DNA of 63,843 nucleotides, counting the filler, from Reclinomonas americana ATCC 50394 (Eukaryota): the NCBI GenBank assembly GCA_048213135.1. It is 6 parts of 5 records of this genome, joined end to end, with 100 filler letters (N's around TTAATTAATTAA, not from the genome) between each part and the next. Parts side by side here need not be neighbours in the genome. Positions count along the whole stretch, not along the records: positions 58,202 to 62,022 come from PS015438.1; positions 62,123 to 63,843 come from PS015447.1; 4 more parts are not named here. One strand, written 5' to 3'. The notes beneath the pieces are model-generated. The model was not told the origin of the DNA. It made no database searches and saw only the letters and a list, made by a program, of their open reading frames with translations. Position 1 is the first letter of the stretch. Every line of letters starts with the position of its first letter. Made by a program: the position numbers and the translations under genes. Shown here one piece after another: positions 58,418 to 63,843 of the stretch.

Positions 58418-58670
58418 CCAAGATGGCCTTCTTCATCTGCCGCATGTTGGCGCGATGTCTGCCCTGATTCTTGAACTGCACATTGGCCTCATCCTGCAGC
58501 GTCATCATCGACGCCGTGTAGCCCTCATCCTGCAAGTACTGGATAATCATACGAATGATATCCTGCAACACAACAAAACACAACAAGCAAGTGAGTGACT
58601 CTTCACCGCAGAAGGGAGAAACAATAGAAGAGTCTCGCTCAGCTGTCTCATCCCAATCTGCATTCTCCAT
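58418..58670 (-). CDS. LisH(-CTLH) protein N-terminal fragment (SMU1/WDR47-like)
   Basis: DIIRMIIQYLQDEGYTASMMTLQDEANV is a LisH motif, followed by MKKAIL, a CTLH start. Truncated by the linker. Confidence 0.7.
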
Positions 58671-58685
58671 CGATCTCTCTCTCTC

Positions 58686-58770
<85 letters not shown>

Positions 58771-59094
58771 NNNNNNNNNNNNNNNNNNNNNNNNNNNNNN
58801 NNNNNNNNNNNNNNNNNNNNNNNNNNNNNNNNNNNNNNNNNNNNNNNNNNNNNNNNNNNNNNNNNNNNNNNNNNNNNNNNNNNNNNNNNNNNNNNNNNNN
58901 NNNNNNNNNNNNNNNNNNNNNNNNNNNNNNNNNNNNNNNNNNNNNNNNNNNNNNNNNNNNNNNNNNNNNNNNNNNNNNNNNNNNNNNNNNNNNNNNNNNN
59001 NNNNNNNNNNNNNNNNNNNNNNNNNNNNNNNNNNNNNNNNNNNNNNNNNNNNNNNNNNNNNNNNNNNNNNNNNNNNNNNNNNNNNNNNNNNNNA

Positions 59095-60007
59095 TACGGC
59101 TACCCACAAGGCGTGCCTCCGCCTCCGCCTCCACCGCGCCCGCCCATGCCTGGGCCGTACCCGCCAAATGGCGCCGGCATGCCGCCTCATTTCGCAGGGG
59201 GCGCGCCTCCTCCCCCGCCTCCTCACATCCTCGCCGCCATGGCTGCCGCCGCAGCCGCTGCAGCCGCTGCTGGGCGAGGAGGAGGCGGAGGACCACCGTC
59301 TCATCATCCTCCGCCTCCGTTTGGTTTGTGACCATGCACGCGCATGGTCAAAGTGCGATTGTACCTCATTGTTGACGTGCAGGTTTCCCGCATCCTGGTC
59401 TCCCGTTCCCGCCACCGCCGATGCATGGAGCGGGTGGCATTCCACCGCCACCACCGCCGCCACCGCCGCAGCAGCAACAACAAAGCGCGTTTGCTGCAGT
59501 TGCGTCACATGACTGTTGTTGTTTGTGTCATTCGTTCTCATGTCGCGTGATGCAGGGTGCGCCTGGACGAGCGCCACCGCCAATGCCGCCGCCGCCACCG
59601 CCGCCACCGATGATGATGATGGGCGGGCCGATGGATCCGGCTCGTGCNNNNNNNNNNNNNNNNNNNNNNNNNNNNNNNNNNNNNNNNNNNNNNNNNNNNN
59701 NNNNNNNNNNNNNNNNNNNNNNNNNNNNNNNNNNNNNNNNNNNNNNNNNNNNNNNNNNNNNNNNNNNNNNNNNNNNNNNNNNNNNNNNNNNNNNNNNNNN
59801 NNNNNNNNNNNNNNNNNNNNNNNNNNNNNNNNNNNNNNNNNNNNNNNNNNNNNNNNNNNNNNNNNNNNNNNNNNNNNNNNNNNNNNNNNNNNNNNNNNNN
59901 NNNNNNNNNNNNNNNNNNNNNNNNNNNNNNNNNNNNNNNNGGCGCAGTTGAAGGATGCAGCGGCGGCCGCGGCCAAGGCGTTGTCGGGAGCGGGAGTGCC
60001 GCCGCCA

Positions 60008-60054
<47 letters not shown>

Positions 60055-62002
60055 ACAGCAGCAGCAGTCGGGGATGATGATGGCGCCGTCGCGTTTGGGA
60101 CCGTCGCCGCTGCAGACGTTGACGTACATTGATCGCAGAACGACCATTTTTCTCGGCAAGTTGCCGCCGACGCTGGATAGTGATACTGTGCGTGCGCTGC
60201 TGGCGACGTGTGGGCGTCTGTTAGCGTGGAAGCCGTCGATGCAGCCGGGGCAGCCGGCCAAGTTTGGTTTCGCCGAGTTTGACAGTGCCGAGGCGGTGTT
60301 GATGGCGCTAAAGGTGTTGAATTCGCTGGAGGTGGACGGATCGCCGCTGCTGGTCAAGGTCGACAAGGAGACCGACAAGTTCCTCGATCACTACCGTGCC
60401 AAGAAGGAGGAGATCTTGGTGGCTAGTCGGCCGTTGCGTCCGTCTCCTTGTCCCTCTCCCTGTCCCTCTCCCTCACAAACGTGCGTGCTGCAGTAAGGAC
60501 GTGGCCGGCGATGAAGAGGGAGCGCTGTCGCCTCTGGAGCAAGCCGAGGCCGACAAGGAGCGACGAGTGCGGGAGCTGGTGCAGAACTTGCTGATCTCTC
60601 GGTGAGTCGTGTCTGCCAGCACTGCGTACTGCCTCTGCCCCAGCCGCTAACATTCATGTTCGGTCAGTGCCCGTGCCGACCCCTTGGGCGTGGGTGCACT
60701 GGACGTGGATGATGACGAGTTTCGTTTCTCTCTCTCCCTCCTTCCACTCTTCTTCGCCTCTGACACACTTTCCATAATGCAGTAAGCTGATGGAGATCTT
60801 GCGCAACAACGGCGAGGCCGATGTGCCCGAGGACATGCTCAAGTTCCGCTTGCAGGCATTGCGTGAAAAGCGCCGACAGGAACGCGACAAGGAGGACCGA
60901 CAGCGAGATCGTGAACGCGAGTATCGTCGCCGCAAGGTTCATCCGTGTTGTCAGAGAGGTGATCATCGGTTTGTGCTCACCCCCGAGAGTTGTCGTGTGT
61001 GCGCAGGAAGAGGAAGAGCGACGGCAGCGAGAGAGGGAACGCGAGCAGGAGCGCGAGCGAGATCGCGACCACGAACGGCGACTGGAGGGTGTCGGCCGCC
61101 GTCCTCCCTCACCGCCTCCACCACCACCACGTGACGATCATCACCGCTCACGCGACCGTGGCGATCGTGGTGGTGATCGGCATCGTGACCGTGAATACGA
61201 CCGTGACTATGATCGGTGTGTCACCGCCACCACCAGCACCACCACCTTTCTTTGTTGTTTCTTCCTCCAGTCGCTGACAGGTGTCGCCACAACAGGAAAC
61301 GACGACACCGATCGTCGTCGTCTGGCAGCGAGTCAGGCAGCGATCGTGACGAGCGTGAACGCAAGCGTCGTCGTGGTGACGACCGGTCGTCCGGCGCACC
61401 ACCACCACCACCACCGCCTGCGTCCCCACCCAAGGTTCGGGAGTTTCCCCCTTTCGGCAACCTCTCTCTCGTTGCCTGTTTCATTGATTGTATGTGTGTC
61501 TCCCAACCGCAGGATGTCAAGTTGCGCCTGGTGCCAGCTGCCGCTGCGCCCGGCAAGACAAGCATCAGCTTTGGCGGTGCGGCACCAGTTGCGACAGCGG
61601 CTGCCGCAGTGCCGCCATCGGGTGCATCCATCTTCGGCAGTGCCGACGACGAGGAGGACGGCGCCGGCAGCCGCCGCCTCATGCTGCCACGCATCTCCCG
61701 CGAAGACCGTGAAGCCGAGGTGTGTCACGGCCATCGCCTAATCTCCACCATCGCCTCGTCACTCACCTGTTGTGTGTTTGTGTGTGTGTCTCTCTCTCTG
61801 ACAGGACCGTCGCAATCGCGAAGCCATTGAGGCTGCGAAGCGTGCTGCATCGAGCATTGGTCGCGGTGGTGGAGCCGTGGATGCGCAGGTTCGTGCACAA
61901 TTTCTCTCTCTCGCTTTTTTGTTCAGTGAGTGGTAGTGAGGAGGAACCATGCACCGAGCACTGTCGCGACCAACCCCAAAGTACGGTTGGCGTGCACGAC
62001 AG
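59095..62002 (+). CDS. RBM25: RNA-binding protein 25 (Snu71-like splicing factor), partial: Pro-rich region, RRM, RE/RD-rich region; PWI domain not reached
   Basis: RRM TIFLGKLP..VRALLATCGRLLAWK..KFGFAEFDSAEAVLMALKVLNSLEVDGSPLLVKVDKET..LDHYRAKK matches the RBM25 RRM. RE/RD dipeptide tracts follow. Confidence 0.85.
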
Positions 62003-62066
62003 GTACGTAATGCTTGTGTGTGNNNNNNNNNNNNNNNNNNNNNNNNNNNNNNNNNNNNNNNNNNNN

Positions 62067-62078
62067 TTAATTAATTAA
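62067..62078. other. Artificial scaffold linker
   Basis: TTAATTAATTAA within Ns. Confidence 0.95.
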
Positions 62079-62149
62079 NNNNNNNNNNNNNNNNNNNNNN
62101 NNNNNNNNNNNNNNNNNNNNNNCCCTCTCCCTCTCTCATTCCCGCGCAC

Positions 62150-62520
62150 CTGCGGCCAGCTCGTAGACTTCACTCTGTGTGGCATCCATGGCATACACGC
62201 GATCAAAGACAAGTGTGTCGACAGAGATCTCTCGCGAGACTTGCACGGTGCGTTCCTGTGCACCCACATCACAAAACCGACGTGGATGAGCTCACAGAGA
62301 CAGAGAGCGAGAGGATGCCTCCCACACACACAGGCACTGACGACGCAACATCCATTACGCGCACAGCATGGGCATCGATTTCACCGCGCAGAGCAGGTCG
62401 CACGCGCACAGCCACGCGCACGGCCTCTTCGTTGCCGAGTGTGGCCAGTGGATCGACAACACCACCAGTAGCTCCACTGCCGACACTGCCGCGTCGAAGC
62501 GCGCTGCCCTCGGCATCCAT
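62150..62520 (-). CDS. Kinesin motor protein, first two exons (truncated at the linker)
   Basis: EAVRVAVRVRPALRGE..VRVMD|ERTVQV..TLVFDRVYAMDATQSEVYE contains the kinesin VAVRVRP and FDRV..TQ.EVYE motifs. Confidence 0.85.
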
Positions 62521-62589
62521 TTGCGAGAAGAACTGCACTGATGCCAGGACGCTGCTCCAATATTCACTTATTTTCGTCGACAACTTGTT

Positions 62590-63843
62590 TCAGGGAAGCT
62601 GCTGCGTCCCCGCCGGCAGCCGCAGTCGCAGCAAGCCAGTGGCACCTGCACCCTCCGATGAAGACTCGAACACGAAGAGCCGGCGACCGGTCAGTGCCTC
62701 GTAGTCGTCGCAGAGCTGTCATGCAACAGGAAGTTCAGCGTCGCCTTCACGTGGAGACTCTCTGTTCGCTTGGCGGATCGCTCACCTGGGCAATGGCTGC
62801 ACGGGATGCGTTGGGAGGACCGCGTGCCAGCACGCACACCGTTCCGCCGTCGCCACCGCCGGTGATCTTGGCGCCGTACAGACCGCTCTCCGGGCCGCGG
62901 GCCCGCACGAGCTCGACCAGCTGGTCGGTGGCCAGCAGACCGAGGCCGCACGACGAGTACGAGGCGTGCGACTGGAACATGAGCTCACCGAGTGTGACCA
63001 TCTTCTGGTGTCGCCGCTCTGCCGACAGCACGGCTCCGTCCTCGGTCAGATCGACCAGCAGCTGCGCAAACACGTCGAAGCGATGCTGCTCGGCCACAGG
63101 ATGGGTGGTGCAGTCACGCACAGGATACACTTCCGTCGGCTCGACTGCGGTCTGTGTGTGTGTGGGACCCCACTCTCGTCAGCAAGGGAGAAGAATTGCA
63201 CAGCAACAACAGAACGAACGGGGGGGAGTGCGCACCACATTGTCGAGATGCGTGTGGCTGCGAAGGAACTCGGCGCCTTCCAGCTCGGCTGGTAGCAGGC
63301 GCAGTAGATCGCTCTGGAACTCGGAGAGTGCCAGGTTGCACAGGAAGCCGTTGCACTTGTCGACGTACTTTTGCGGCAACAAACGCAGGCCCATGAACGC
63401 ACTTGTGCGCACTCTGCGATACCGCCCACCACCGGCTGGACATGACAACACGAGAGACCATGTGAGCTGCGCTCGTCAGGCACAGTTGCTGCGATTGTTC
63501 CGTACCTATGCGTCGGTGCATGCCGGTATCGAGGCCCCACACGGTGAGGTCGTGGGGCAGTCGCAAGTGGGCGAGAATGTCGGCCGGACGACCCTCACTG
63601 TCCGGCTGACACCTCAACTGCAGGAGGCACCCTGCACGACCACAAGCACACGCCAGCTGGTCCATGATGCCACACGGGGCGCCGACGACAAAATTCTCCA
63701 CTCGCTGGCACAGCGCGCCCAAGCGCAGCGGATCCAACTCGAGACCGAGAAGGCCGGCCAGCACAATCGACGCGGCTACTTCGGCAGAAGCACTCGATGC
63801 CACGCCCTTGCCCTGCGGCAGTGTCGACTGCAGAACCAGCGTG
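62590..63843 (-). CDS. L-arabinokinase-like GHMP sugar kinase, C-terminal part
   Basis: PQGKGVASSASAEVA, CQRVENFVVGAPCGIMDQ, LGELMFQSHASYSSCGLG..TDQLVELV, LYGAKITGGGDGGTVCVL and the terminal VFESSSEGA match plant ARA1-type arabinokinase. Stop TGA 62592-62590. Confidence 0.85.

Overview
Intron-rich, GC-rich eukaryotic genomic DNA from a flagellated protist (CFAP45 is present; introns are typically 55-90 nt GT-AG; CA/GA microsatellites are abundant). It is a draft assembly with many N gaps and five artificial N44-TTAATTAATTAA-N44 linkers, so the window is about six joined pieces. Genes reconstructed by hand across splice sites: a WD40 protein, INTS4, two PH-domain proteins, a coiled-coil protein, an At3g27390-like membrane protein, a giant adhesin (FN3/NHL/EGF plus >=20 bacterial-type cadherin repeats), a giant STRA6-like membrane protein with an Ig-like ectodomain, CFAP45, a dysbindin-like gene, the RNA polymerase III largest subunit (RPC1), a GSK3 kinase, an alpha-arrestin, a LisH fragment, RBM25, a kinesin 5' fragment and an L-arabinokinase-like gene. 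Main discovery: a 2.4 kb stretch inside RPC1 (46383-48748) parses into 23 consecutive symmetric phase-1 micro-exons of 18-60 nt, 11 of them exactly 21 nt. Together they add a stop-free 223-aa insert to the polymerase foot region, and any subset can be skipped in frame. This is a candidate micro-exon combinatorial splicing cassette inside an essential RNA polymerase. All gene models are manual and were not checked against transcripts or databases.
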